DNA of 64,000 bases from an uncultured delta proteobacterium (GTDB taxonomy: Bacteria; Desulfobacterota; BSN033; UBA1163). Every line of letters begins with the position of its first letter. Positions within the stretch are counted from its first letter, which is position 1. A program made the translations under genes and the position numbers. This document shows, piece by piece, positions 30,767-41,232 of the stretch. Location of the stretch: contig CAWHBU010000006.1 in the NCBI GenBank assembly GCA_963827685.1, positions 497,932 through 561,931 on the forward strand, in the 5' to 3' direction. The notes below the pieces were generated by a model. It was given only the letters and a program-made list of their open reading frames with translations, was not told the origin of the DNA and ran no database searches.

Positions 30767-31204
30767 ATGATTGAGATTAAAGAGATCATGAACATCCTCC
30801 CCCATGCTTATCCTTTTCTATTGGTGGATCGGATTGTGGAAGTGGAGCCCGGAAAGCGGATCGTTGGGATTAAGAACGTCACTTACAACGAACCCTTTTT
30901 CCCGGGTCATTTTCCAGGTCGCCCCATTATGCCGGGTGTGCTGATTGTGGAGGCCATGGCCCAGACGGCTGGGATGCTCGTTTTCAAATCGACGCCTGAG
31001 GAAAGCCACAAGAAGCCGGTCTTCTTTTTGGGCATGGACAATGTCAAGTTTAGAAAACCGGTCATCCCAGGAGATCAACTTCGTCTCGAGATCGAGATCA
31101 CCAAGCATCGTCAATCGATCTGGGGATTTAAAGGAAAGGCATTGGTCGATGGAAAATTAGTGGCTGAAGCAGAACTCTTAGCCATGTTAGGAGAAGAAGA
31201 ATGA
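30767..31204 (+). CDS. fabZ: 3-hydroxyacyl-ACP dehydratase
   Basis: LPHAYPFLLVD, GHFPGRPIMPGVLIVEAMAQ. Confidence 0.97.
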   Translation: MIEIKEIMNILPHAYPFLLVDRIVEVEPGKRIVGIKNVTYNEPFFPGHFPGRPIMPGVLIVEAMAQTAGMLVFKSTPEESHKKPVFFLGMDNVKFRKPVIPGDQLRLEIEITKHRQSIWGFKGKALVDGKLVAEAELLAMLGEEE

Positions 31205-31974
31205 TTCATCCCACTGCCATCATCGACCCAAATGCTGAAATCGGTGAGGAAGTTGAGATCGGTCCTTACTCGGTGATTGAAAAGGGTGTTTTCATTGGCG
31301 AGGGGACGAAGATCGGGCCCCATGTCGTCATCCGGGGAGGGACTCACATCGGGAAACGATGTCAGATCTTTCAGTTTGCCTCCATTGGAGAAGCCCCTCA
31401 GTCCTTCGGATACAAGGGAGAAAAGACCTTTCTTCAGATTGGCGATCAAAATATCGTCCGAGAGTGTGTCACGCTCCATCGAGGTACTCCTCATGGGGGC
31501 GGGAAGACCGTTATTGGGGATAACAACTACTTCATGGCCTACTGCCATGTGGCTCATGATTGTCAAATTGGAAATGATGTCGTCATTTCTAATGCAGTAG
31601 CCCTGGCCGGACACATTGTGATCGAAGATCGGGCCATCATCGGAGGGATCGTCGCTATCCACCAGTTCTGTCGAGTCGGTACCCACGCTTTTATCGGCGG
31701 TGTCTCCGGTGTCACTTTAGACATCCCTCCCTATATGTTGGCTTCCGGAAGCCACGTTAAACTCTTTGGGCTCAACAACGTCGGTCTCAAAAGGGCGAAC
31801 TTTTCAGAGGAGACCATGAAGGCCCTGAAGAAGGCCTACCGCATTATTTTTCGTTCCGGTCTGACATTGGAGAAAGCGATGAAGAAGGTGGGGGAAGATG
31901 AAATCTCTCACGTCCCAGAGGTCCAACATCTCCTCCATTTCATTCAGCATTCGAAGAGAGGGATTGCCCGTTAA
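31201..31974 (+). CDS. lpxA: UDP-GlcNAc acyltransferase
   Basis: IHPTAIID, HRGT, HVAHDC, HQFCRVG. Confidence 0.96.
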   Translation: MIHPTAIIDPNAEIGEEVEIGPYSVIEKGVFIGEGTKIGPHVVIRGGTHIGKRCQIFQFASIGEAPQSFGYKGEKTFLQIGDQNIVRECVTLHRGTPHGGGKTVIGDNNYFMAYCHVAHDCQIGNDVVISNAVALAGHIVIEDRAIIGGIVAIHQFCRVGTHAFIGGVSGVTLDIPPYMLASGSHVKLFGLNNVGLKRANFSEETMKALKKAYRIIFRSGLTLEKAMKKVGEDEISHVPEVQHLLHFIQHSKRGIAR

Positions 31975-32928
31975 GTGAATAAACTCAAGGTCGGCGTTGT
32001 CGGTGTCGGATACTTTGGCCAATTCCATGCCGAGAAATATGCTAAGATAAAAGAAGTGGAATTGGTGGGTGTGGTGGACGTCGATACCTCTCGTGCCAGG
32101 GAAATCGCTAAACGTTATCGAACCCAACCCTTCGAGCATCACATTGACCTTTTCAAGAGAGTTCAGGCTGTCAGCATCGCCGTTCCCACTCCTTTTCATT
32201 TTTCGGTGACGAAAGATTTTTTTCTGCAAGGAATCGATGTTCTTTTGGAAAAGCCTATCTCGAGCACAATCGAAGAGGCTGATGAATTGATCGGATTGGC
32301 TGAATCAAAGGGTTTGATCTTTCAGCTTGGCCATCTGGAACGATTCAATGGAGCTTTGTCCGGCTTGGAGGGAAGGGTCCAACATCCATGGTTCATTGAA
32401 TCCTATCGGTTAGGTCCTTTCTCAGGGAGGGGGGCAGAGGTCGATGTCGTGTTAGATCTGATGGTTCATGATATCGATATTATTCTGAACCTGGTGAACT
32501 CAAAGGTGAAAGAGTTTCAGGCCGTCGGCATTCCCATTCTCACCCATTCCCCGGACATTGCCAACGTCCGCGTTGAATTCGAAAATGGATGTACAGCGAG
32601 TTTGACCGCAAGCCGAGTTTCTGAGGAGAAAACTCGGAAAACCCGAATCTTCCAGCCGGATGGAATCCTTTCCATCGATTACCTTTCTCAAAAACTCTTC
32701 CTCTCTAAAAAGGGGGTTCGCCTCGGGGAGGAAAAGATTCCTGAAATGAAAACCGAGGAGATTCCGGTCAAGAAGATCGATCTTCTGGAGGCTGAGATTC
32801 GTTCATTTCTCCAGAGCGTGAGGAATCGAAAAAATGCTCGGGTCTCTGGGTTGGATGGGAAGCGGGCATTGGAGTTGGCACTCCAGATCATCCAGAAGAT
32901 TGATGACCTCAACAAAAAAAAGAAATAG
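31975..32928 (+). CDS. Gfo/Idh/MocA oxidoreductase (GnnA-like by position)
   Basis: VVGVGYFG, LEKPI, GHLERFN, DLMVHDID; lies between lpxA and lpxB. Confidence 0.85.
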   Translation: MNKLKVGVVGVGYFGQFHAEKYAKIKEVELVGVVDVDTSRAREIAKRYRTQPFEHHIDLFKRVQAVSIAVPTPFHFSVTKDFFLQGIDVLLEKPISSTIEEADELIGLAESKGLIFQLGHLERFNGALSGLEGRVQHPWFIESYRLGPFSGRGAEVDVVLDLMVHDIDIILNLVNSKVKEFQAVGIPILTHSPDIANVRVEFENGCTASLTASRVSEEKTRKTRIFQPDGILSIDYLSQKLFLSKKGVRLGEEKIPEMKTEEIPVKKIDLLEAEIRSFLQSVRNRKNARVSGLDGKRALELALQIIQKIDDLNKKKK

Positions 32929-32944
32929 TGGGGCGACTGAACAG

Positions 32945-34093
32945 ATGAAATCGAAGAAGATCCTGTTGGTCGCTGGAGAAGTTTCAGGAGATCTTCATGG
33001 CTCCCACCTCATCGAGGCCGTTCAACGCATCGATCCGGAAATCCAGTTTTTCGGGGTCGGCGGAGAGGGGTTGGAAAGAGCGGGGATGAAACTCCTCTAT
33101 CATTCTCAATCTCTTTCCGTTGTGGGGATTACAGAGGTTCTCTTGAAATTAAGACCCATCCTGAAAGCGCTTCGGGGATTGAAGGAATCTCTTGACCGGG
33201 AAAAACCAGGCCTCGTCATCTTGATCGACTTTCCTGATTTCAATCTTCGGCTGGCTAAAATTGCCCACCGAAGAGGAATCCCGATTCTCTATTATATCAG
33301 TCCGCAGGTATGGGCTTGGAGACCCAAAAGGATTAAGTTGATCGCTCGGCTGGTGAAGAAAATGATTGTCCTCTTCCCTTTCGAGGTCCCTTTCTATGAG
33401 GCAGCAGGTGTCGATGTCGAGTGGATAGGCCATCCGCTTCTCGACATCGTGAAGCCGACACTTTCCCAGGAAAAGGCCTTCCAACAATTTGGTCTGGATC
33501 CCAAACGAAGAACCGTCGCCTTACTCCCCGGAAGCCGAATGCATGAGGTAGAAAGACTTCTCCCTCCCCTTCTGGCCTCCGCTTGTCTCCTCCAAAAAGA
33601 GATCCCGGATCTCCAGTTCGTCATCCCTCTCGCCTCTGGCATTCCTAAAACGATCTTGTCATCCTGGATGGAAAATATTTCAGTGCCTGTGAAAGTGGTG
33701 GAGGGTTTTACTTACGATGTGATGAACCTCTCTGAACTTCTGATCGCTGCCTCCGGGACGGCCACGTTGGAAGGAGCGATTCTTGGAAAACCCATGATCA
33801 TTATTTACAAAGTTTCTTTCCCCTCCTATTGGGTCGGCAGGGCATTGATTCGGGTGGATCACATCGGCCTCGTCAATTTGGTGGCAGAAAAGGAAATTGC
33901 TCCAGAATTAATTCAGAAGGAGGTCAATCCCCGCAGGATTGCTGACGAAGCCTTTCGTATCTTAAGAGATCCCATCCTGAGTCGAAAAATGGCCGAATCC
34001 ATGAGTGAGGTGCGTCAGAAACTCGGGGAACCCGGAGCGGCACAAAGAGCTGCCCACATAGTTCTTTCCTTGATGAAAGAGGCGGGAGCTTGA
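32945..34093 (+). CDS. lpxB: Lipid-A-disaccharide synthase
   Basis: AGEVSGD, IDFPDFN, SPQVWAWR, LPGSR, SGTATLE. Confidence 0.96.
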   Translation: MKSKKILLVAGEVSGDLHGSHLIEAVQRIDPEIQFFGVGGEGLERAGMKLLYHSQSLSVVGITEVLLKLRPILKALRGLKESLDREKPGLVILIDFPDFNLRLAKIAHRRGIPILYYISPQVWAWRPKRIKLIARLVKKMIVLFPFEVPFYEAAGVDVEWIGHPLLDIVKPTLSQEKAFQQFGLDPKRRTVALLPGSRMHEVERLLPPLLASACLLQKEIPDLQFVIPLASGIPKTILSSWMENISVPVKVVEGFTYDVMNLSELLIAASGTATLEGAILGKPMIIIYKVSFPSYWVGRALIRVDHIGLVNLVAEKEIAPELIQKEVNPRRIADEAFRILRDPILSRKMAESMSEVRQKLGEPGAAQRAAHIVLSLMKEAGA

Positions 34094-34290
34094 TATCAAT
34101 AAGATGATCGATAAGCAAATTCCAAGGACAAATATTCAAATTCTTTTGAATCATCGATTATTATTTGGAGATTGGAATTTGATCATTGGTAATTATTTGG
34201 AATTTGGAATTTGCTTATTGGAATTTAGCGTATTAGGTAAATTCCATACAGTGATATAAATAGAAGGAAGGGATTGGGGTAATAATAAGT

Positions 34291-36138
34291 ATGTCTCTCT
34301 ACCGAAGACTCCTTGAATTTGTAAAACCCTACTGGTTCAAATTAATTCTTGCCGTAATCTGTATGGTCGCCGTCTCTCTTCTGACCGCGGCGACAGCATG
34401 GCTTTTCAAACCTGTTGTGGACGGTGTTTTTTTCAAGAAAGAAGGGATGCCTTCAATTACAATTCCACCATTCGTAAATAATATCATTGTTCATCTTCAT
34501 CTCGAAGACCTCTTACTCAAAAGGGGTATGGAGATGCTCCGCTTACTCCCTATTATTCTTGTCCTCCTGTATCTGCTAAAAGGTATCTTCAATTATGGTC
34601 AGGCGTACTTCATGAATTTTGTGGGTCTGAGAATTATCGCGGATGTTAGGGAGAAACTCTACAATCATCTCCAAACTCTTTCTCTCTCTTTTTTTACAAA
34701 AACACCCACCGGCATTATCATCTCCCGGATCACAAATGATGTGACGTTGATTCAAGGAGCGGTCTCCAGTACCACGGCAGGTGTTTTCAAAGATATCTTT
34801 ACCTTCTTCGGCCTGGTGGCTGTGGCCTTTCTTCAAAGCTGGAAATTGGCGATCATTGCTTATATTATCTTTCCTTTGGCCATCATTCCTATTAGAGGAT
34901 TTGGAAAGAAGATGCGGAAATTCGCCCGGAAGGGGCAGCAACGACTAGGCCTTCTTACAACCTTTCTTCATGAAACGATTACCGGAAACCGGATTGTCAA
35001 GGCATTTAATATGGAAGAGTATGAGAACCGGCGTTTCACTGAAGAGAATGACCGATTATTCAAAACATTCCTCAAAAGGATCAAGGTTCGTGCGCTTAAT
35101 ACCCCCCTGATGGAATTCCTGGGAGGAATCGCAGCAGCAATCATCATCTGGGTAGGGGGTCACATGGTCATGCGAGGGGAATTAACCCCGGGCACCTTTG
35201 GGTCATTTCTGTTAGCCGTTTTTATGTGCTATGGTCCGATCCGTGATTTAAGCAAGGTCAACCTTGAAATTCAAGAAGGTCTGGCAGGGGCAGCACGTAT
35301 CTTTGAGCTTCTCGATACCACCACTGATATTAAAGATGCAGAGGATGCAGCTTTACTCCCCCCGATCGCCCAAGGAATAGATTTTCAAAAGATCAATTTT
35401 AAATATGAAGATGAGGTTGTGCTCAAAGACATATCCCTTAAGGTGAGGGTGGGAGAAGTGATCGCTTTGGTGGGAATGAGCGGTGCAGGAAAAACTTCTT
35501 TAGTAAACCTTCTGCCCCGTTTTTATGATGTGGGACAGGGAGAAATTCTTATTGATGGTTATGATATTCGAAAAGTCACTTTGAAATCCCTCAGGGGTCA
35601 GATCGGTTTGGTTACGCAACAAACCATCCTCTTTAACGATACGGCTCGGAATAATATTGCCTATGGAAATCTAAAATCTTCCGATCAAGAGATCATCGAG
35701 GCAGCCAAGGCAGCCAATGCCCATGACTTCATCCAGAGATTGCCCAAAGGGTACGATACGAACATCGGTGAGCAGGGTGTCAAGCTATCCGGAGGGGAAC
35801 GTCAACGCATCTCCATCGCGAGAGCCCTCTTGAAGAATGCTCCCATTCTGATTTTAGACGAAGCCACCTCTTCTCTGGATTCCGATTCTGAAACAGAAGT
35901 CCAAAAGGCATTGGAAGAGTTGATGAAAGACAGAACGGTCTTCGTCATCGCCCATCGGCTCTCGACCATCCGAAACGCCCACCGGATCGTCGTCCTTTCC
36001 GAAGGCCAGATTGTGGAACAAGGAACGCATGAGGAATTGATGGCCTCCGATGGTGAATATCGCCGCCTCTATAGTCTTCAGTTCAAAGATGATGGAACGA
36101 GAATTCGGACAGCGTTCAAAACACAGAAGGTCTATTGA
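34291..36138 (+). CDS. msbA: Lipid A export ABC transporter MsbA
   Basis: TMD plus NBD (GMSGAGKT, LSGGERQR, LDEATS) within the lpx operon. Confidence 0.9.
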   Translation: MSLYRRLLEFVKPYWFKLILAVICMVAVSLLTAATAWLFKPVVDGVFFKKEGMPSITIPPFVNNIIVHLHLEDLLLKRGMEMLRLLPIILVLLYLLKGIFNYGQAYFMNFVGLRIIADVREKLYNHLQTLSLSFFTKTPTGIIISRITNDVTLIQGAVSSTTAGVFKDIFTFFGLVAVAFLQSWKLAIIAYIIFPLAIIPIRGFGKKMRKFARKGQQRLGLLTTFLHETITGNRIVKAFNMEEYENRRFTEENDRLFKTFLKRIKVRALNTPLMEFLGGIAAAIIIWVGGHMVMRGELTPGTFGSFLLAVFMCYGPIRDLSKVNLEIQEGLAGAARIFELLDTTTDIKDAEDAALLPPIAQGIDFQKINFKYEDEVVLKDISLKVRVGEVIALVGMSGAGKTSLVNLLPRFYDVGQGEILIDGYDIRKVTLKSLRGQIGLVTQQTILFNDTARNNIAYGNLKSSDQEIIEAAKAANAHDFIQRLPKGYDTNIGEQGVKLSGGERQRISIARALLKNAPILILDEATSSLDSDSETEVQKALEELMKDRTVFVIAHRLSTIRNAHRIVVLSEGQIVEQGTHEELMASDGEYRRLYSLQFKDDGTRIRTAFKTQKVY

Positions 36139-36220
36139 ATTTAAGCTCGGAGTTTGGAGTTCATAGTTCGGAGTCAAAAAATTTAATACTCCGAACTCCG
36201 AACTATTTTAAAGTCCACGC

Positions 36221-36880
36221 ATGTCTCTTAAACCCTTAAAGAAGAAATTGGTCTCCTGGTGGGGATCGTGGTGCGCCTACTGGATCATCAAGATTTTGGC
36301 TTGGACGATGCGGTTTGAAGAGATCAATCCAGAGATTCCGAGACGGTTTTGGGAGAAAGGGATTCCTGCCATTGGGGCCTTCTGGCATGGTAGGTTATTC
36401 TTGATGCCTATTGTCTATAAAGGGAAAAAATTGAGTTTTCTCGTTTCTCCCCATCGGGATGGCCAGGTGGTGGGAAAGGCCCTAAGACGGTTTGGTTTCC
36501 ACGCCATCTTGGGTTCAACCAGGCGAAAAGGGTTTTCCGGTTTCAAACAGATGGTCAAGGCTCACGGGTCCGATATCGCCATTGTCCCGGACGGACCGAG
36601 GGGACCTCGTCACCAGGTACAAATTGGTGTGATCGAGTTGGCCAGACTGACAGGGAGGGCTGTAGTCCCATTAACCTTCAGTGCCTCGAAAAGGAAGATC
36701 TTCAACACCTGGGATCAGTTTCTCCTCCCCTATCCTTTCTCAAAAGGTGTATTCATCTGGGGAGAACCGATTGAGGTTGATCAAAATGGGGACCGGGCCC
36801 ATCTCGAGGAGAAAAGAATCCTTTTGGAGAATCGTCTCAATCAGTTGACCGAGAGGGCAGACCACTATTTTGATTCTTAA
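36221..36880 (+). CDS. DUF374 lysophospholipid acyltransferase-family protein
   Basis: FWHG, SPHRDG, PDGPRGP, WDQFLLPYPF. Confidence 0.85.
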   Translation: MSLKPLKKKLVSWWGSWCAYWIIKILAWTMRFEEINPEIPRRFWEKGIPAIGAFWHGRLFLMPIVYKGKKLSFLVSPHRDGQVVGKALRRFGFHAILGSTRRKGFSGFKQMVKAHGSDIAIVPDGPRGPRHQVQIGVIELARLTGRAVVPLTFSASKRKIFNTWDQFLLPYPFSKGVFIWGEPIEVDQNGDRAHLEEKRILLENRLNQLTERADHYFDS

Positions 36881-37080
36881 CGAAACGCATACAATACCAT
36901 ATTATTTTTCAGGCTATGGCAAGAAATCCAAAATGCAAAATCCCAAATTCCAAACAATTTCAAAGCATCAAATTCAAAACTCTTAATGGCTCCATCTTTT
37001 TGGAAATTGGGATTTAGGATTTATTTGGGGTTTGCCTGCCGGTAGGCAAGGAAACTGAGATTTGCGATTTACAAAATCAT

Positions 37081-38379
37081 ATGGCCTACTATCTCTATAA
37101 TATCCTTATTACAATTTTCCTCCTCCTTTCTGCTCCCTACTTTCTTTTGCGGAGTCTCATCTCCAAGCGGTTTCGAAAGGCATTGCCTCAACGAATGGGA
37201 TTTTTTAAGAGCCCATCCTTCAAAAGACCGATTTGGGTTCACGCGGCATCGGTCGGAGAGGTATTCTGTTCAATCCCTCTTTTGAAGAAGATCAAAAGGG
37301 AGTTCCCTCATTCCAAGATTGTTTTAACCACGATGACCTCTACTGGGAATGAAACCGCCAAACTCCACCTCCCTGATGCAGATCAAATCCTTTTTGTACC
37401 GATCGACCATCCCCTCATCGTCCGGAGAACCATCAAAAGAATCCGACCCGGCCTTCTTCTCATTGCGGAGACAGAACTCTGGCCTAACTTGCTCCGTTCC
37501 TGTGGAAAAAAGGGAATTCCCATCATCCTCTTCAATGGAAGGATCTCCGAGAAGTCATTTCGGCGTTACCTCCTCTTCAAATTCTTTTTCAAAGAATGTC
37601 TGAGATACATCTCCCTCTTCTTAATGCAGACGGAAGAAGATCGAACTCGAATGGTTGAGATCGGAGGGGAGTCTCAAAAGACAAAGGCAGTGGGAAATTC
37701 TAAATTCGACCAGACCTTCCCTTCCTACACCCAAGAAGCATTGGTGGATATGTCCAAAGCGCTCCGCCTTCAAGGAAAAGAGAAGATTCTCATCGCAGGC
37801 TCCACTCATTCCGGAGAAGAAGAAATCCTCGCTGGCCTTTACAAAGAATTGAAAAAAATGGACCCTTACCTTGTCCTCATTCTTGCCCCGCGACACCTCG
37901 AAAGGTTGGAGGAAGTGGAGCGGATCTTAAGAAAAGAGTCTATCTCATGGTTAAGAAAAACTTCTCTCCCAATGGATACAGGCCGGTCTGCTCAAGGACA
38001 CCCCGAAGTGATTCTCCTCGATACGATGGGGGAGTTGATGGGGATTTACAGTCTCGGGACACTGGTCTTCGTAGGCGGAAGTCTTGTCCCAATAGGAGGT
38101 CATAACCCACTCGAACCTTTGTTTTTCAGAAAGTGTGTCTTCTTCGGTCCTTATATGTTTAATTTCTTGGAAATCTCTAGCCGTCTGATTAAGACAGGAG
38201 GAGCAATCCAGGTGTCTGGAAAAGAAGAACTCTTTTCTCAATTGAAACGCCTCCTTTTTGACGAAGTGGCACGCAAAGAGATAGGGGAGAAAGGCTATCA
38301 ATTTCTTCAGAAACATCAGGGTGCAACAGAAAGAATGTTGGAGGAGATCCGACCGTTCCTGATCCAATGCGGAATGTAG
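37081..38379 (+). CDS. waaA: Kdo transferase
   Basis: WVHAASVGE, ETELWPN, AGSTH, APRHLER, GGHNPLEP. Confidence 0.95.
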   Translation: MAYYLYNILITIFLLLSAPYFLLRSLISKRFRKALPQRMGFFKSPSFKRPIWVHAASVGEVFCSIPLLKKIKREFPHSKIVLTTMTSTGNETAKLHLPDADQILFVPIDHPLIVRRTIKRIRPGLLLIAETELWPNLLRSCGKKGIPIILFNGRISEKSFRRYLLFKFFFKECLRYISLFLMQTEEDRTRMVEIGGESQKTKAVGNSKFDQTFPSYTQEALVDMSKALRLQGKEKILIAGSTHSGEEEILAGLYKELKKMDPYLVLILAPRHLERLEEVERILRKESISWLRKTSLPMDTGRSAQGHPEVILLDTMGELMGIYSLGTLVFVGGSLVPIGGHNPLEPLFFRKCVFFGPYMFNFLEISSRLIKTGGAIQVSGKEELFSQLKRLLFDEVARKEIGEKGYQFLQKHQGATERMLEEIRPFLIQCGM

Positions 38380-38433
38380 AATGCGGAATGCGGAATTTAT
38401 TTAGAAATCCGCAATCCGAAATCCGAATTTGAA

Positions 38434-39504
38434 ATGTGGCGTATCGACCAATTCCTATATCAACAAGAGAAATCCTTCTGGAAACGAGGGCTTCTTTTTC
38501 CTCTTTATCTCCTCTCTTTACCTTATGGAGGGGCTGTTCGAACAAGATCTTTTTTCTATTCGCTTCAATTATTGAAAACAAAAACTCTTCCCTGCCCTGT
38601 CATCAGCGTCGGGAACATCACGGTGGGCGGAACAGGCAAGACCCCTTTAGTCATGGCCTTAGCAAAAGGGTTGATGGCCAAGGGAATCCCTGTAGCCATT
38701 CTCAGCAGAGGGTATAAGAGAACGAAGACCTCAGAACCGGTAGCAAGCGACGGCAAGACGATTTTTCTCTCGCCCGAGGAATCAGGAGATGAGCCTTTCC
38801 TGATGGCCAAGGCTTGCAAAGGCATCCCTGTCCTGGTTGGGAAAGATCGATTCGTAAACGGTCTGATCGCTCTTCAACGGTTTGGTGTGAAGGGACTGAT
38901 ACTGGACGATGGCTATCAGCATCTTCCCCTCTACCGAGATATCAATATCCTGCTCATCGACTCACACATTGGTTTTGAAGACCGTCACCTTCTGCCGAGA
39001 GGGATTTTAAGGGAACCTTTATCTCACCTTCGTCGGGCCGATCTCTTCTTGCTCACCAAAGCGGAGGACCCAGAGACCTGTCAGCCTTTGGAGAAAGAAA
39101 TTTCTGAAATCCATCCTGGCACACAGGTGTTTCACAGCCATTACGAACCGGTGAGTTTCGTGGGGCCTAACGAGGAACAAGAAGAGCTTAATGCTTTAAA
39201 GGGAAAGAAGATCCTCGCCCTTTCCGGGATCGCTCATCCCGACACTTTCTCTTCCATTCTAAGAAAATGTGAAATGAAGATTGTCAGGGAAGCAATCTTC
39301 CCGGATCACCATCTTTACACCACCAAAGATTTGTCGTACATAGAAGAGAAAAGTAAAGGAGTCGATGGCATTGTCACAACGGAGAAAGATATGGTAAAAT
39401 TGAAAAAATTGAATATTGATCATCTTCCCATCCGAGCCCTTCGCATCGAAATGAAAATCTGGGAAGAGGAAGCATTCTTTAAGAGGATTATCTCACTATT
39501 TTGA
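38434..39504 (+). CDS. lpxK: Tetraacyldisaccharide 4'-kinase
   Basis: VGNITVGGTGKTP, SRGY, GDEP, LDDGYQH, FPDHH, TTEKD. Confidence 0.96.
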   Translation: MWRIDQFLYQQEKSFWKRGLLFPLYLLSLPYGGAVRTRSFFYSLQLLKTKTLPCPVISVGNITVGGTGKTPLVMALAKGLMAKGIPVAILSRGYKRTKTSEPVASDGKTIFLSPEESGDEPFLMAKACKGIPVLVGKDRFVNGLIALQRFGVKGLILDDGYQHLPLYRDINILLIDSHIGFEDRHLLPRGILREPLSHLRRADLFLLTKAEDPETCQPLEKEISEIHPGTQVFHSHYEPVSFVGPNEEQEELNALKGKKILALSGIAHPDTFSSILRKCEMKIVREAIFPDHHLYTTKDLSYIEEKSKGVDGIVTTEKDMVKLKKLNIDHLPIRALRIEMKIWEEEAFFKRIISLF

Positions 39505-39519
39505 GAAGGAGAGGAGAAA

Positions 39520-41046
39520 TTGAAAGCACAGGTCAAGATATTCGATACGACTTTACGCGATGGGGAACAATCCCCCGGGGCGACCATGAATGTAGCGGAA
39601 AAGGTGAGGATCGCCCAACAATTGGAGAAATTGGGAGTTGACATCATCGAGGCGGGTTTTCCCATTTCATCACAAGGAGACTTCGATGCGGTCAAGGCGA
39701 TTTCCAGAGCGATCACGCGTTCGGAGGTAGCGGCACTGGCCAGGGCGAATCCTCAGGATATTGATCGGGCTTGGGGGGCGGTCAAGGGGGCTAAATTTCC
39801 CCTCCTTCATACATTTATCTCCACCTCTGACATCCATCTCAAGCACCAGTTGAAGATGACCAAGGATGAGGTTATCCAGATTGCTGCCCAATCAGTGGCG
39901 AGGGCAAAGCGGTTTACCCCGAATGTTGAATTCTCGGCCATGGATGCCACCCGAAGTGATGTTAAGTTTCTTGCTGCGGTGATCGAAGCTGCCATCCGAT
40001 CCGGGGCCACCACAATCAATATTCCCGATACAGTGGGCTATGCGATTCCCTCTGAGTTTGGAGAACTGATCCGAACTCTTCGGCAAACGGTAAAAGGAAT
40101 AGAAAAGATCACTCTGAGCGTCCACTGCCACAATGATCTTGGCCTGGCCGTTGCCAATTCCCTCGCTGCGATCCAGAACGGCGTAAGACAGGTGGAGTGC
40201 ACGATCAATGGGATCGGGGAGAGGGCAGGAAATACCTCCCTCGAAGAAGTGGTCATGGCCATCCGTACACGGAAGGATCTGTTCCCGTTCTATACCCAGA
40301 TTGCTCCCAAGCATATCTTTACCACCAGCCGTTTGGTTTCAAAGATCACCGGGATGGTCGTCCAACCCAACAAGGCCGTTGTCGGTTCGAATGCCTTTGC
40401 CCATGAATCTGGGATTCATCAGGATGGTGTCCTCAAGAAGAAACAGACTTATGAGATCATGACACCCGAATCCGTGGGAATCCCTAAATCCTCTCTCGTC
40501 CTGGGGAAACTCTCCGGACGTCACGCTTTCAAAGATAGGCTGAAGGATTTAGGGGTTCGGCTTTCAGAGAAGGATTTTCAATTGGCCTTCACCCGATTCA
40601 AAGAGTTGGCAGACAAGAAGCGTGAGATTTATGATGAGGATCTCGAGTCGATCGTGGTGGAAGAGATCCTCCGGATGCCCCATCGTTTCAAGCTCATTTA
40701 TCTCAATGTCATCGCTGGAAACGTCACCGTTCCGACTGCCACGGTCAAGATGGAAGTAGATGGAAAAGTCATTCAGGAGGCGGGATTTGGCGATGGGCCG
40801 GTGGACGCCACTTTTAAGACGATCAAGAAGATCACCCGTACGAGATCGAAGCTCCTTCAGTTTAACATCAACGCCATCACCGGTGGAACAGAGGCCCAGG
40901 GAGAGGTGACCGTGAGGCTGGAAGAGAAAGGCCAAGCAGTGATTGGCCAGGGTGCGGATACGGACGTGATCGTAGCCAGTGCCAAGGCCTATATCAATGC
41001 CCTGAACAAAATTGAATTCAAAAAAAAGAAGTTGGTGGTGATGTAG
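39520..41046 (+). CDS. leuA: 2-isopropylmalate synthase
   Basis: FDTTLRDGEQSPG, HCHNDLG, GERAGN, HESGIHQDG, C-terminal regulatory domain; TTG start. Confidence 0.96.
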   Translation: MKAQVKIFDTTLRDGEQSPGATMNVAEKVRIAQQLEKLGVDIIEAGFPISSQGDFDAVKAISRAITRSEVAALARANPQDIDRAWGAVKGAKFPLLHTFISTSDIHLKHQLKMTKDEVIQIAAQSVARAKRFTPNVEFSAMDATRSDVKFLAAVIEAAIRSGATTINIPDTVGYAIPSEFGELIRTLRQTVKGIEKITLSVHCHNDLGLAVANSLAAIQNGVRQVECTINGIGERAGNTSLEEVVMAIRTRKDLFPFYTQIAPKHIFTTSRLVSKITGMVVQPNKAVVGSNAFAHESGIHQDGVLKKKQTYEIMTPESVGIPKSSLVLGKLSGRHAFKDRLKDLGVRLSEKDFQLAFTRFKELADKKREIYDEDLESIVVEEILRMPHRFKLIYLNVIAGNVTVPTATVKMEVDGKVIQEAGFGDGPVDATFKTIKKITRTRSKLLQFNINAITGGTEAQGEVTVRLEEKGQAVIGQGADTDVIVASAKAYINALNKIEFKKKKLVVM

Positions 41047-41232
41047 CTGGCAAAGCGCATAGTGGGCAAAATCCCAAATTACAAATTCCAAATAAGCTCA
41101 AAATTCCAATTTCAAATGACCAAACAGATTTTGTTTCGAATTTAGGTGATTGGGATTTATTTGAGATTTGGTGCTTGGGATTTGGTGCTTTTCTTGACGC
41201 TATGCGCCATGCTTCATCTCAGACAGAGGAAT

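Noticed and set aside
38365-38433. Short repeats as a possible CRISPR array
   Set aside because: Degenerate 7-mers without unique spacers, and no cas genes.
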